Notes: a model not told the origin generated them from the sequence alone. A stretch of DNA of 64,000 nt from an uncultured Nanoarchaeota archaeon (GCA_963743615.1 CAVUQF010000002.1:129697-193696); one strand, 5' to 3'. Positions 40,086 to 49,387 are shown, counted from the stretch's first letter. Program-made: numbers and translations.

Positions 40086-40580
40086 ATGGGAGCAAGAAGA
40101 TTTGACTATTATGTTTTTATAGATTATTCAGAGAATTTATTAGGATATCTCATAATAAACCAAGATAAGATAGATGAATTCCTTCCTAATATATCCAAGT
40201 TTGCTCATTATAAAGAATTAAAACACAAACCAGAGTATATCCATTCTATAAAAAAGATAATTGAGAAAAATAAAATTCAATCTTATCTTTTAAAGACTAA
40301 AATTAGAAAGAGTGCAGACACGCCCGAAATATACTCGGATATCCTGGATTTTTTGAAAAGAAATGATAATTGTCTAATTTTTATTTCAATAGATAATAAA
40401 CAATATTCTAACTTTGAAAAATTGGTTAGAATCATTGATGGAAAAAATATTAAGGTAGTTAAAGAAAGTGAATTAAAGAAAGATACATTTGAATTTAGGA
40501 TAAGCCTTGTACTAGACACTTTGCTAAATATTAATCGATTGAAAAGTATAAACTTAAGTAAAAAATCTAAAATAAGATAG
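40086..40580 (+). CDS. DUF3800-like (RNase H-fold) cargo protein
   Basis: YVFIDYS, KELK, ISIDN, SLVLD parallel the DUF3800 YIDES/ELK/QLAD layout. Confidence 0.5.
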   Translation: MGARRFDYYVFIDYSENLLGYLIINQDKIDEFLPNISKFAHYKELKHKPEYIHSIKKIIEKNKIQSYLLKTKIRKSADTPEIYSDILDFLKRNDNCLIFISIDNKQYSNFEKLVRIIDGKNIKVVKESELKKDTFEFRISLVLDTLLNINRLKSINLSKKSKIR

Positions 40581-40646
40581 GGTAAGGAGATCCGTCAATC
40601 CTAATAACCACGTCAGGCGTGGGGTTCGTCAGGTTCTGTTTCCCTA
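40578..40646 (+). ncRNA. candidate structured RNA downstream of the DUF3800-like gene
   Basis: GC-rich island; TAGGG/CCCTA closing stem; CCACG/CGTGG apical stem; three CGTCA copies. Confidence 0.5.
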
Positions 40647-40782
40647 CGAATTATATAGATAAATGAGGATTATAAACTTTACGAAATTAAAATAGCTTAT
40701 CCAAAAACATTTAAAAGTTAGAGTTATATTCTCTTTAAATCAACCTTTAGAGTTCAAACAATCTAAAGTTTGTAAATCATAT

Positions 40783-40940
40783 CCCCGCATAGCTCAGTGG
40801 TTAGAGCGCTTGGCTGTAGTTGCGAGACACTTTTAGTGTTTAACTAGGATGGATATTCCACAAGGAAATTAGATGAAGTCTGAAAAGCCAGAAGTTCAAC
40901 AGGACCCGAGAGATCCCCAGTTCGATTCTGGGTGCGGGGA
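40783..40940 (+). tRNA. tRNA-Tyr(GTA) with an 85-nt intron (40820-40904) at position 37/38
   Basis: C1-G72, A73, anticodon at 40816-40818; BHB motif: CTGT/ACAG central helix with AGT and GAC bulges. Confidence 0.92.
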
Positions 40941-40962
40941 TCCATTATATTAGTCTCTTATT

Positions 40963-40990
40963 AGTAGTAACGTTTCATAAGATTTATAAA
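40963..40990 (+). promoter_or_regulatory. operator half-site plus TATA box (regulon site 3)
   Basis: AGTAGTAAC-GTTTCATAAGA-TTTATAAA; ATG 29 nt from the first T of the TATA box. Confidence 0.6.
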
Positions 40991-41011
40991 GCCTAAAATT
41001 CTAGAAGTATT

Positions 41012-41338
41012 ATGAAAGTGTTATCTAAGCAGAAAGCTAATGAAAAAGATAAAGAATTGAGAAGTATAGAGGAGTTAGTTAAAAATACGGGATTTGCTGC
41101 ACTCATTATAAGTATGGGTTGTTATGTTCTTAATGGCTCTCCCCTTATCATGGCTGCAGGAATGGCCAGTATTCCAATTACAAATTATATAGCTAGTAGG
41201 ATTAGTTATACTGCAGATAAGTATCATGATCAATCTCTATCAAACAGAGAAAGGTGCAGGAAGCACTTGGTTGGATATTATGAACCTTCTATTATTGAAG
41301 ATACGTTAAACGAGATGAAATCAGATAACATTTTATAA
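41012..41338 (+). CDS. hypothetical membrane protein (2 TM)
   Basis: 108 aa with a hydrophobic hairpin. Confidence 0.65.
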   Translation: MKVLSKQKANEKDKELRSIEELVKNTGFAALIISMGCYVLNGSPLIMAAGMASIPITNYIASRISYTADKYHDQSLSNRERCRKHLVGYYEPSIIEDTLNEMKSDNIL

Positions 41339-41585
41339 ATTATCTTAGATTTAGCTCTCAAAAGAACACTTTTTATAGGAGATTAGTCTATAATGAAGTA
41401 CATAAATCCTTGTCTGAAAGATAAGCCTGACTACCAGCCAGTTTTCCCATTACAGACCCTCCATTTTTTAGAGAGTTAACACTAGAAAGGGGATTTTCTC
41501 TAGAAATTCTTAATACTTCTTCCATTAAAGAGTCATAGTCCATGGAGATCATAAGCAGTAAATTAATTTTTAAATGTTTGTATCT

Positions 41586-41626
41586 GTAACTACTATTAAG
41601 TAAAGATAGTTCATAAGATTTATAAA
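41586..41626 (+). promoter_or_regulatory. operator plus TATA box (regulon site 4)
   Basis: GTAACTACT-ATTA-AGTAAAGAT-AGTTCATAAGA-TTTATAAA. Confidence 0.6.
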
Positions 41627-41647
41627 TAATAGATTTTTCTGAAAATC

Positions 41648-42556
41648 ATGAAAATAATGAGCATGTCTGATATTCATGGAGACTTTGAATCGCTGGACAA
41701 AGCACTTGAAATTGTAAATAAAAGCCATGCAGACGTCCTTACAATAAGCGGAGACTTAAATGGGGAAAACCTCGATGAGGAAGATAAAAAACAATTTTAT
41801 GAATCATATAGAGAGTTGCTGAGAGTAAATTCCCAAATTAACCAGTTATCTAACGGGCAGAAAAGGCTCAATTGTTATGATACCGCAAACTTAGTCATGT
41901 CAAGGCAACTTAGGCTGGATAATAACGTTGCAGATAATGAGCTAATGAAAAAAGCAGCAAATTACCTAAGCATTGGAGAAAAGGCAAAAGGAAGAATCAT
42001 AGAAAATTATAATAAATTCAGAGACAGATTTAGTAAATTGGAGCAGAAAGTTTTTGTTGTTCCTGGAGATTGGGATACTAAATGTATGGATGATGTACTA
42101 GCCCCAAACAATCTTCATCTTAAATATCCTGAAGAAGTTGGTGGGTTCAAGTTTATAGGGTATGGGGGAGCATCAGAAGTGCCTTTTGACATCCCTCAAG
42201 AGTCTGTAGTTGATTATAATATTAAGGAGGAATTTGATTATCTTTGTCAGCATGAAGATGCAAGTATTGTCTTAACTCATGTTCCTCCAACAGACTTTGA
42301 AGGTAAGGGATCAGAGGGGAATCCATTGCTCCTTGCTTATCTTTATAGGATGGAACCGGATTTAATTCTATGCGGGCATAATCACGTCCCATTCGCACTA
42401 AAAGAGCCAAAAACAGGGACTATCGTTGTAAACCCAGGACTTCTTGGAAAGTACAAAAATGAACCTCACGGAACATTTTTGGAAATTGATGTTGATGAAT
42501 ATAAAGTATCTCCTGTAAGGTTATACTCCATTAATGGGCAAACTAAAGATTTATAG
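41648..42556 (+). CDS. calcineurin-like metallophosphoesterase (Icc-like) with a helical insert
   Basis: SDIHG, SGD, PGDWD, THVPP, CGHNH, VNPG. Confidence 0.85.
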   Translation: MKIMSMSDIHGDFESLDKALEIVNKSHADVLTISGDLNGENLDEEDKKQFYESYRELLRVNSQINQLSNGQKRLNCYDTANLVMSRQLRLDNNVADNELMKKAANYLSIGEKAKGRIIENYNKFRDRFSKLEQKVFVVPGDWDTKCMDDVLAPNNLHLKYPEEVGGFKFIGYGGASEVPFDIPQESVVDYNIKEEFDYLCQHEDASIVLTHVPPTDFEGKGSEGNPLLLAYLYRMEPDLILCGHNHVPFALKEPKTGTIVVNPGLLGKYKNEPHGTFLEIDVDEYKVSPVRLYSINGQTKDL

Positions 42557-42596
42557 TTATTACTAATAAGTAATTACATTTCACAAGATTTATAAA
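42556..42596 (+). promoter_or_regulatory. operator plus TATA box (regulon site 5)
   Basis: GTTATTACT-AATA-AGTAATTAC-ATTTCACAAGA-TTTATAAA; 8/9 palindromic. Confidence 0.7.
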
Positions 42597-42617
42597 TAGT
42601 AAAATCCTTGGATTATT

Positions 42618-43298
42618 ATGAAAAACTTGATACAAAAGATTGGTAGAATGGCTGTTCCATTGGCCCTAGTTGGGGCTGTTGGAAGTGCTCTTTATGCCCA
42701 GCCAAATATCGAAAGGCAAAGAGGGTATGTTGACGTAAAAAATCCTGCATTCGTGAAAGATGGAATGTTATATACAGTTGGATCTAGCGGGGTTTATTCT
42801 AGTGAACGTGGTGCAAGGGATAATGCTTATATGAATGCAATCCTTAAGGATAATGAAATATCCGGAGAAAGTGCAAGAGGAGTTCTGCCTATAGCTAATG
42901 AAATTGACACTACAGAAGTAAATGGGCAGCAGGATTATGTGGCAGAGGTTATGACACAGGTTCCAATTTCAAGCTTTGATACTAAGGGTCAGGCTAATAT
43001 TAAACAAAAAGACTTGGATATAAGCTCAAAATATGTAAGAGTTGGAGACTATCTTGTTGATCCAAAAGTTATGAGTGTTTTAAAGGATTATTTTGGTGTA
43101 TATGCTACTCATGAATCTAGAACTACAACTAATACCGTAAATGGTAAAACTCAGACAAATACTGAAGTTACAGATAGCCAAAAGTCGGCTATAGACGGGG
43201 GAAGATTAGAAGGAATGTTAAAAATGTTTGATGTATCTAATGATAAGGTTATTACCCCTGAAGGAATGAGTTATCTAGCAAAAAATAAGGGCAACTAA
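42618..43298 (+). CDS. secreted hypothetical protein with a bacterial-style signal peptide
   Basis: MKNLIQKIGRMAVPLALVGAVGSALYA/Q; EF-hand-like DVSNDKVITPE. Confidence 0.7.
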   Translation: MKNLIQKIGRMAVPLALVGAVGSALYAQPNIERQRGYVDVKNPAFVKDGMLYTVGSSGVYSSERGARDNAYMNAILKDNEISGESARGVLPIANEIDTTEVNGQQDYVAEVMTQVPISSFDTKGQANIKQKDLDISSKYVRVGDYLVDPKVMSVLKDYFGVYATHESRTTTNTVNGKTQTNTEVTDSQKSAIDGGRLEGMLKMFDVSNDKVITPEGMSYLAKNKGN

Positions 43299-43310
43299 TA
43301 GTATAATCTT

Positions 43311-44054
43311 CTAAATTTGTTGGCTAAAATAGTCTCCAGAGCAATTCGCTTTATCAAAATCATCCGAAGAAAAGTTTCCCATGCTCCATAGATTTAACAT
43401 TATCGCAAGGTCACTAGTACTAAACTGGCATGTTCCGTTTCTTCCTTCAAGGCTATTGTACAATGCCTGTTGCTGACTAATCACTCTCTCAGAAGTTCCA
43501 GAAGGGAAGGTTAAACTTATGTTTTCTGTTTGAATATAAAAGATACACTTGCCTTGCTGCAGGCCCCTGATTTCATAATAGGAAGTTGTTGTTTGGTTGA
43601 CACCTAACAAGTCCATAGTCTCCACATTCGTAATATTTTCAAGGCTACAATTCTGTGAAAATGCAGCAAAACAGATTAAATTACTTCCACAATCAACAGG
43701 ACTCTTGTTTTGAGTAAAATTATTAACTTTAGGAGTGTTGTTATTGGTTACTTGGTTTTGATAAGGATTATTAATCGTAGGAATATTCTTCTGATTTAGT
43801 ATGAAAAAAGATACTAAAAGTATTATTACTACAGAAGCTAGAATAATCCATAAAAGTTTTTTTGGTTTTTTCTTCTCAGTTCCATCCTAATTAACCTTCG
43901 GATTTACCACTTTTGGCTGGTTGGCCGCTTTTATTGCTTCATCAATATCATAGTCAGACCACCCTCTAGCCAATAAATTTTGTTTTATTTGATCTGGGAA
44001 AAGACCTTTTGATAACTGGGAATTTATCCAATTTATAAGTCTGCCATCAGTCAT
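43311..44054 (-). pseudogene. membrane-anchored Cys-rich protein with an in-frame TAG
   Basis: MTDGRLINWINSQLSKG...ARGWSDYDIDEAI...KVN*DGTEKKKPKKLLWIILAS continues in frame into ORF 43311..43625; TAG at 43887-43889. Confidence 0.75.
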
Positions 44055-44146
44055 AAGGGTTATAGTACTATTGATTTTATAAATACATACTTTAGTGTAA
44101 AGAAAATATCTATTATTTAGTAGAGTATAGTCAAAATTGAATAGTC

Positions 44147-45022
44147 TTACTTAAAAAAAGATTTATCCATTTCTAGAACATCTAGCACATCTTGAATTCC
44201 TTCAAGGTTATGTTGCAATTTCTTTAAAATAGCATCGACTCCGCTGTTGTTTGAAGTAAATGAGTAGTTATTCAATTCATCCGGTTCTTCTTTTTTTATT
44301 TTTGTTACATTATCCAAAAAGGAGATGATCTTTTCCAGATTTTCCAAATCTTCATTAGAATATTGAGAATTCATTAGAGAGAATATGCAGTCCGCAATTT
44401 TTTCCAGCCTTCTAATCAATTCCAGATAAGTATACATAATATATTTGTCCTTTATCTGATTATCCTCTGAATAAACTTTATTTTCCATGCACATAAAAAG
44501 AATCTTTTTTGATAAATTATTCATCGAGTCTACAGAATTTTCAAGTTTTTTTAATTCTTCAAAATTTCTCTTCTTAAGTTGCTCTAGCATCAAGTTTATC
44601 AGATAAATCTCTCTCTTCATTATTTTTTCAAGATTAATATCAACATCTTTGAATAAAAAAGAGATTTCCACAGAATTGTCATCTTCATTTAGTATGTTAT
44701 ATCCCTTAAAACGCTCTAAAATATCTCGGATTTTGCTCAATTCTTTGTCTTTCTTGTTTGAAAATGAGATCTTAATATTATCAATCCCTTTTATATAACA
44801 CATTCTTATGAACTCTTTCAGCTTTTTTATTTTTTGATAGTCAACAGATACAGAACTATTCTTGCCTGACTTTGTGCCTCCCGTGTCAATTATAAGGCGA
44901 TTATCTAGACTCTCTATTGAAACAAAATCTTTTTCTTTCAAATGATTATGAACTATCCACTCTTTTGGAAGGGAAATGGAATAGGATCCTTTACCTACCG
45001 ATTGTATCTTTCTTACTTCCAT
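44147..45022 (-). CDS. phoU: AbrB-PhoU phosphate uptake regulator (archaeal type)
   Basis: RKIQSVGKGSYSISLPKEW; ENSVD and RLEKIAD motifs. Confidence 0.8.
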   Translation of the reverse strand: MEVRKIQSVGKGSYSISLPKEWIVHNHLKEKDFVSIESLDNRLIIDTGGTKSGKNSSVSVDYQKIKKLKEFIRMCYIKGIDNIKISFSNKKDKELSKIRDILERFKGYNILNEDDNSVEISFLFKDVDINLEKIMKREIYLINLMLEQLKKRNFEELKKLENSVDSMNNLSKKILFMCMENKVYSEDNQIKDKYIMYTYLELIRRLEKIADCIFSLMNSQYSNEDLENLEKIISFLDNVTKIKKEEPDELNNYSFTSNNSGVDAILKKLQHNLEGIQDVLDVLEMDKSFFK

Positions 45023-45216
45023 GCAAATTATCTACTTCTCCGGTTTTAAATGTTTTATTTGATATGATATATACTTTCACTATTAATTAAACAATCCCTC
45101 TAGAGTATATAGTAGTAAATACTTCTATCAAGAATATCGAGCCAAGTGATATAATCTTTTGTTCTTTTTATCTATAAAGATGAAATGGGTGAAATAACTC
45201 CCAATGTTATGAGGGT

Positions 45217-45495
45217 ATGGTAATAAACAAGTTAGAGAAAGTGAGTGAAGAAGAATTTTTGTGTGTGATAAATGATGCAATAGCTTATTATGATTCTATT
45301 ATTTTGAAGCATTGGAAACCATTAGAAAAAGCACAGAGTTCAAAATTTGAATTTATTGATCTTTATAAAAGATATATAGAGGCGAAGAAAAATTCTGTAT
45401 TAGAGTTTACTTTAGAGTCGGATTATCTTCTAGATTTTAAAATAATAAGAAAAAAAGAGGAAATATCTCCAGTTTTATGGCATAGGTATCATTAA
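45217..45495 (+). CDS. hypothetical protein
   Basis: 92 aa, GAGGG upstream, 5 nt from the next gene. Confidence 0.55.
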   Translation: MVINKLEKVSEEEFLCVINDAIAYYDSIILKHWKPLEKAQSSKFEFIDLYKRYIEAKKNSVLEFTLESDYLLDFKIIRKKEEISPVLWHRYH

Positions 45496-45500
45496 TAGTA

Positions 45501-46889
45501 ATGGGAAAATACAGTACAAAAACATACATAATCACTAGTGCTCAAGCCTTGGCTAGACCAAACAATGAATTCTTAGGCTCCCTGGAGAATTGTGTTGAAA
45601 AATTAGAAGGAGAACTAATTGTCCTCCCAATGATTGGAAATTCTGCTAAGCCAAAGCAGGACTATGACTTTAGGAATTTTTGTTCTAGAATAAAAGAATA
45701 TGGTCTTCAATATTTAAAAAAAGATTTTAATAATAATATTGGAATTGAACAATTTAATGTTAGGCCTTATCAAATTGATCCTATTACTGGCTTGCAACGT
45801 TTTGCACAGCGTGAAAAAAGTCTCATCTTTGCAAGTCCTAAACAGAGATGGGCATATATCCCACATTCGAATTCTAAGATGCCTAAGGCTCTTATTACTC
45901 CCGGATCGGCAACAAGACCTAATTACGCAACCTCAAAAGATGTTAGTGCTGAGAGGCGACGTCTTGGAGGAATTGCAAGAAGAGATCACGAATATGGTGC
46001 GATTATAGTTGAAGTTATGGGAGATAATAAATATCATTGGAGAAATATTATCTCTCAAGTTGATGGCAAGTTCAATGATTTGGGAACGGAATATGATGGA
46101 AAGGAAACAAAGTCTGTAAAACCTCTTGCAATGGTCTGCGGAGACTGGCACACAGGTTATACCGACAAGAAAGTACGTAAAGCTACATTGAGGATGATTG
46201 AAGAGTTCAAGCCAGACAAATTAATTCTTCATGATTTTTTTAATGGGCATAGTGTTTCCCATCATATGCAAAGACAGTTGATATATCAGATGATCAGAGA
46301 GGGAGCAGACAAAAACCATCTCTCTCTCGAGGTAGAACTTGCATTATGCGGAAAAGAGCTTGAAAAAATTGCAAATGCTGTTGGAAAAGGTCATATTTAC
46401 ATACCTGCATCAAACCATCTCGAATTTTTGGACAGATATCTTGATGAAGGGAGGTTTGTAAAAGATGCATTAAATGCAAAAATTGGATTAAGGATGGCTC
46501 TTGCTTATTCTGAAGGACTAAATCCTGTAGAAGAAGGGATTCGTTATGTTTATGGTATCCCTGAAAATGTTACATTCCTGACACGTTGGAATGATCTGAA
46601 GATTGATGGATATCAATTTGGTAATCACGGAGATACAGGGCCGGATGATGGCAGAGGTAGTATACTTACAAAAGAAAAAGACTTTGGAAAGAGTATAACT
46701 GGACATGTTCATAAATCTGAAAAATTGAGACAGACATTTACAGTGGGAACGATGCTCCCATTTAATACTTTTTACATAAAGGGAAATCCTATTGCCTGGA
46801 CACATAGCCATGCTTTCATATACCCCACGGGAGTTCAGATGATTAATATAATTGATGACCACTATTCAAGAGAGGATTCAGGAGCATGA
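45501..46889 (+). CDS. phage-type calcineurin-like phosphoesterase/nuclease
   Basis: GDWH, LHDFF, SNH, NHGD, GHVH; N-terminal YIITSAQ domain. Confidence 0.7.
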   Translation: MGKYSTKTYIITSAQALARPNNEFLGSLENCVEKLEGELIVLPMIGNSAKPKQDYDFRNFCSRIKEYGLQYLKKDFNNNIGIEQFNVRPYQIDPITGLQRFAQREKSLIFASPKQRWAYIPHSNSKMPKALITPGSATRPNYATSKDVSAERRRLGGIARRDHEYGAIIVEVMGDNKYHWRNIISQVDGKFNDLGTEYDGKETKSVKPLAMVCGDWHTGYTDKKVRKATLRMIEEFKPDKLILHDFFNGHSVSHHMQRQLIYQMIREGADKNHLSLEVELALCGKELEKIANAVGKGHIYIPASNHLEFLDRYLDEGRFVKDALNAKIGLRMALAYSEGLNPVEEGIRYVYGIPENVTFLTRWNDLKIDGYQFGNHGDTGPDDGRGSILTKEKDFGKSITGHVHKSEKLRQTFTVGTMLPFNTFYIKGNPIAWTHSHAFIYPTGVQMINIIDDHYSREDSGA

Positions 46890-46924
46890 GATATTTTTAA
46901 AAATCCAATAATCTTAGTTGTAAA

Positions 46925-47185
46925 ATGAAAAAGGATGATATGGAAATCCTAAAGCATGCGAACTGGATTGAATACCTTGCAAATAAAAATATTGATGTCA
47001 GTGAAAGGAAAGATAAAAAAACAGGCGAAAGATTTCTGCATTTGAGCAAGCCTGTTGAAGAAAAGCTAAAAAGGAAGATTATAAATCACCTTCTTAGGGA
47101 TTACGACGATGTAGAATCAATAAATCGTGCGCTAGAAGATTACAAGTTTGAAAATGGATTGGGCAAGAAAAAGCCCAAGAAATAG
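46925..47185 (+). CDS. hypothetical protein
   Basis: 86-aa ORF with its own TATA-like element. Confidence 0.6.
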   Translation: MKKDDMEILKHANWIEYLANKNIDVSERKDKKTGERFLHLSKPVEEKLKRKIINHLLRDYDDVESINRALEDYKFENGLGKKKPKK

Positions 47186-47273
47186 GTTCATTATAAAATA
47201 GCAAAAATAGAACAGAAATATTTAAAAATAAAATCTTTTTTTACAATTTAGTACGAAATCAAAAAGAGGTAAA

Positions 47274-47357
47274 ATGAAGAAAAAAGATTTTGATGAGAGT
47301 GAAGAGGAATCGGACTCTATCGACAGCTTTGTTGATGATCTTGATCTTGATGAATAA
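47274..47357 (+). CDS. 27-aa acidic micropeptide
   Basis: GAGGT 3 nt before the ATG; MKKKDFDESEEESDSIDSFVDDLDLDE. Confidence 0.4.
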   Translation: MKKKDFDESEEESDSIDSFVDDLDLDE

Positions 47358-47358
47358 T

Positions 47359-48282
47359 TTATTTATTCACGGTTAAGTTTATCTGGTTATTGCTATTATT
47401 TAACTCCGTAAAGTTAGATTGTATTGTGTATTCAAGATCGTTTACATTTATCTCTGGAATGAATATGTTTTTGAAAACAAAATTAATACCTCCTCCAATA
47501 TCTATTGGATTCATTGTTTCTTGCTCAATCTGATTTCCATCAGCAGAGATTATAACTTCTGACTGTGGAGCGTCTACTAATCCATTATTAGAAACACTAA
47601 AATTAGTATCAAGATATCTGCCGTGGATAAATGCGGAAATATTTGTGAAAAGTAAGTCTGGGTAGGAAGAGATTGAATAAAGATTATTTATTAAGTTTGG
47701 AATATCTTGACCGATTGTTTCATCGCAGCTTGTAACGGGATACATTATATTATTAGGATTTGAAGAATGCATAAATCCAAGAGCATGCAGAAGTTCATGA
47801 ATTGCAATATTGGGGTTGGGACATTCTGAATCTCTTAAGAGAAGTACTTTTCCTTGTGTTATAATATTATAAGGTCCTGATTGGGTTATATTGACTGGCC
47901 CTCCCTCTCCAGCTATGAAATAAGTTTCATTTACAATAACTTTCTCATCGCAGGTGACCGAAATTTCAGGATCAACATCAGTTTGATAAAAAGTTAGGCT
48001 AGTTACATTCTCAATTGCGCTAAATGCTCTTTTCATATCATCTTGCCTCTGGAGGCTGCAAACACTTGAATTTATACTATACGAAATATTTGAGGAAGGA
48101 TATCTTAAATTGGGATAAAATTGCATTTGTGAACTAGATAGATTTAAGCTAAAATTTGAATTAACATTCGAGAAATACTGATTCGAACTAATCGGACCAA
48201 ACCAGTACACGGCTAGTAAGCCAAAAATCAGCAGGGCAAATAAAAAGCCCAATATTGCCTTAATCCATTTCATTTTCAGCAA
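47359..48282 (-). CDS. matrixin-family (M10) metalloprotease, membrane-anchored, with a CARDB-like C-terminus
   Basis: HELLHALGFMH plus Met-turn NIMYP. Confidence 0.85.
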   Translation of the reverse strand: MLKMKWIKAILGFLFALLIFGLLAVYWFGPISSNQYFSNVNSNFSLNLSSSQMQFYPNLRYPSSNISYSINSSVCSLQRQDDMKRAFSAIENVTSLTFYQTDVDPEISVTCDEKVIVNETYFIAGEGGPVNITQSGPYNIITQGKVLLLRDSECPNPNIAIHELLHALGFMHSSNPNNIMYPVTSCDETIGQDIPNLINNLYSISSYPDLLFTNISAFIHGRYLDTNFSVSNNGLVDAPQSEVIISADGNQIEQETMNPIDIGGGINFVFKNIFIPEINVNDLEYTIQSNFTELNNSNNQINLTVNK

Positions 48283-48737
48283 AGATTAGACTTTGAAACC
48301 TCTTCCAAATTGCCGTCGGATTTGCATATAAACACATATGGAGATTTTGTTCCGCTAGAGCTATCCAATCTTGTTGCAACCAAAACAATAGGGTAAGAAG
48401 TCACATTATAATTTGAAATATTTCCTGATTGTACAGAGCTTTTCCAAGTTGAAAGAAAGCTATTTGCATCATCAGCGGTTTGAGCCTGAGAATCATTTAG
48501 TATTGTAACATTGGAATCATACTTGGAGTTTATTATTGCTGAACAATCATCAACTTTCTGTATGCATGCCTGAACAGAACTATTTGAACTGCTTAAACTA
48601 AAATTTCCAAGATTAGGAAGAGACAAATGAATTAATCCCTGGCTATTTGCATAGATTACCACACAAACAATTATTATCAGAACTATTATCCATATCCCGC
48701 CGCTTCTTCTTTGATAATATTGACCTTTCTTGTACAT
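48276..48737 (-). CDS. membrane-anchored hypothetical protein
   Basis: N-terminal TM, Cys pairs, sequons. Confidence 0.65.
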   Translation of the reverse strand: MYKKGQYYQRRSGGIWIIVLIIIVCVVIYANSQGLIHLSLPNLGNFSLSSSNSSVQACIQKVDDCSAIINSKYDSNVTILNDSQAQTADDANSFLSTWKSSVQSGNISNYNVTSYPIVLVATRLDSSSGTKSPYVFICKSDGNLEEVSKSNLC

Positions 48738-48775
48738 AATCTGAGAAGTTAAGCTGTAATTATAAATATTATGAT

Positions 48776-49387
48776 TTAATCGGGGACATCATAATCATTA
48801 TATCTTGGAGCAGGCTTGGATGAAGTCTTGCTTGGAGCTTCCTTTATCTTGATATACTTATCTATCATTCCTAATGTCTTGTACAGATCCATCAACTTTT
48901 TATTTGCAAACTCCTTCTCTGAATCAGAAATCTTCATTGTAAGAAGTTTCTCATACACTTCTGCCGCTTTGCTTCTTCTTTTCTCTTTCTCATAAAGATC
49001 GGCCTGTCTTTTATAGAAATCTATAATTGAAGCAGTCACTTTTGCCTTGTCTGTGAATTTTACAGTCTCGCTGATAAGTTTGTTCATGGTCAAATCTGCC
49101 ATATCAAAAAACCCTGATCGAACATAATTCTCAACCTGCTTTGCAAGATATCCTGATCTTTCCGAAGAATTCATCGAAATCTCTGCAAGCTTTCCATACA
49201 AATCTGCAGCCTCTGAAAACATTTTTCTATTCTCATAGATTAAAACAAGTTTCATGAGAGAAAATTTCTTTACATCCAAAGGTAGATTCTCTTTTAAAAA
49301 TCTCCTCAAACTATCTATCTGAACATAGTCTCCTTTTCCCTGAAGCTCTTTTTCAACCTCAGACTTGCTCATTTCTTTTTTCAACAT
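48776..49387 (-). CDS. TPR-like helical protein
   Basis: EAADLYGK and KAAEVYEKLL repeats. Confidence 0.65.
   Translation of the reverse strand: MLKKEMSKSEVEKELQGKGDYVQIDSLRRFLKENLPLDVKKFSLMKLVLIYENRKMFSEAADLYGKLAEISMNSSERSGYLAKQVENYVRSGFFDMADLTMNKLISETVKFTDKAKVTASIIDFYKRQADLYEKEKRRSKAAEVYEKLLTMKISDSEKEFANKKLMDLYKTLGMIDKYIKIKEAPSKTSSKPAPRYNDYDVPD

Larger units (their letters stand above)
34933..40796. mobile_element. integrated element (satellite/plasmid/defective provirus) at the 5' end of tRNA-Tyr
   Basis: Direct repeats 34933-34955 and 40774-40796 (22/23 identical); integrase adjacent to the left repeat; helicase and RHH module inside. Confidence 0.88.

Noticed and set aside
40860..40895. 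Canonical C/D box guide RNA in the tRNA-Tyr intron
   Set aside because: GATGA and CTGA are only 3 nt apart with no guide between them; not called as a feature and kept only as a hypothesis.
41388..41552. 54-aa minus-strand ORF between regulon genes
   Set aside because: Short, with no recognisable motif; cannot be supported as a gene.
7899..43889. Genome-wide stop-codon reassignment (TGA=Gly or TAG sense) suggested by two in-frame stops
   Set aside because: TGA and TAG each terminate many intact genes here, including ATGA overlaps, and long conserved genes contain no internal stops.
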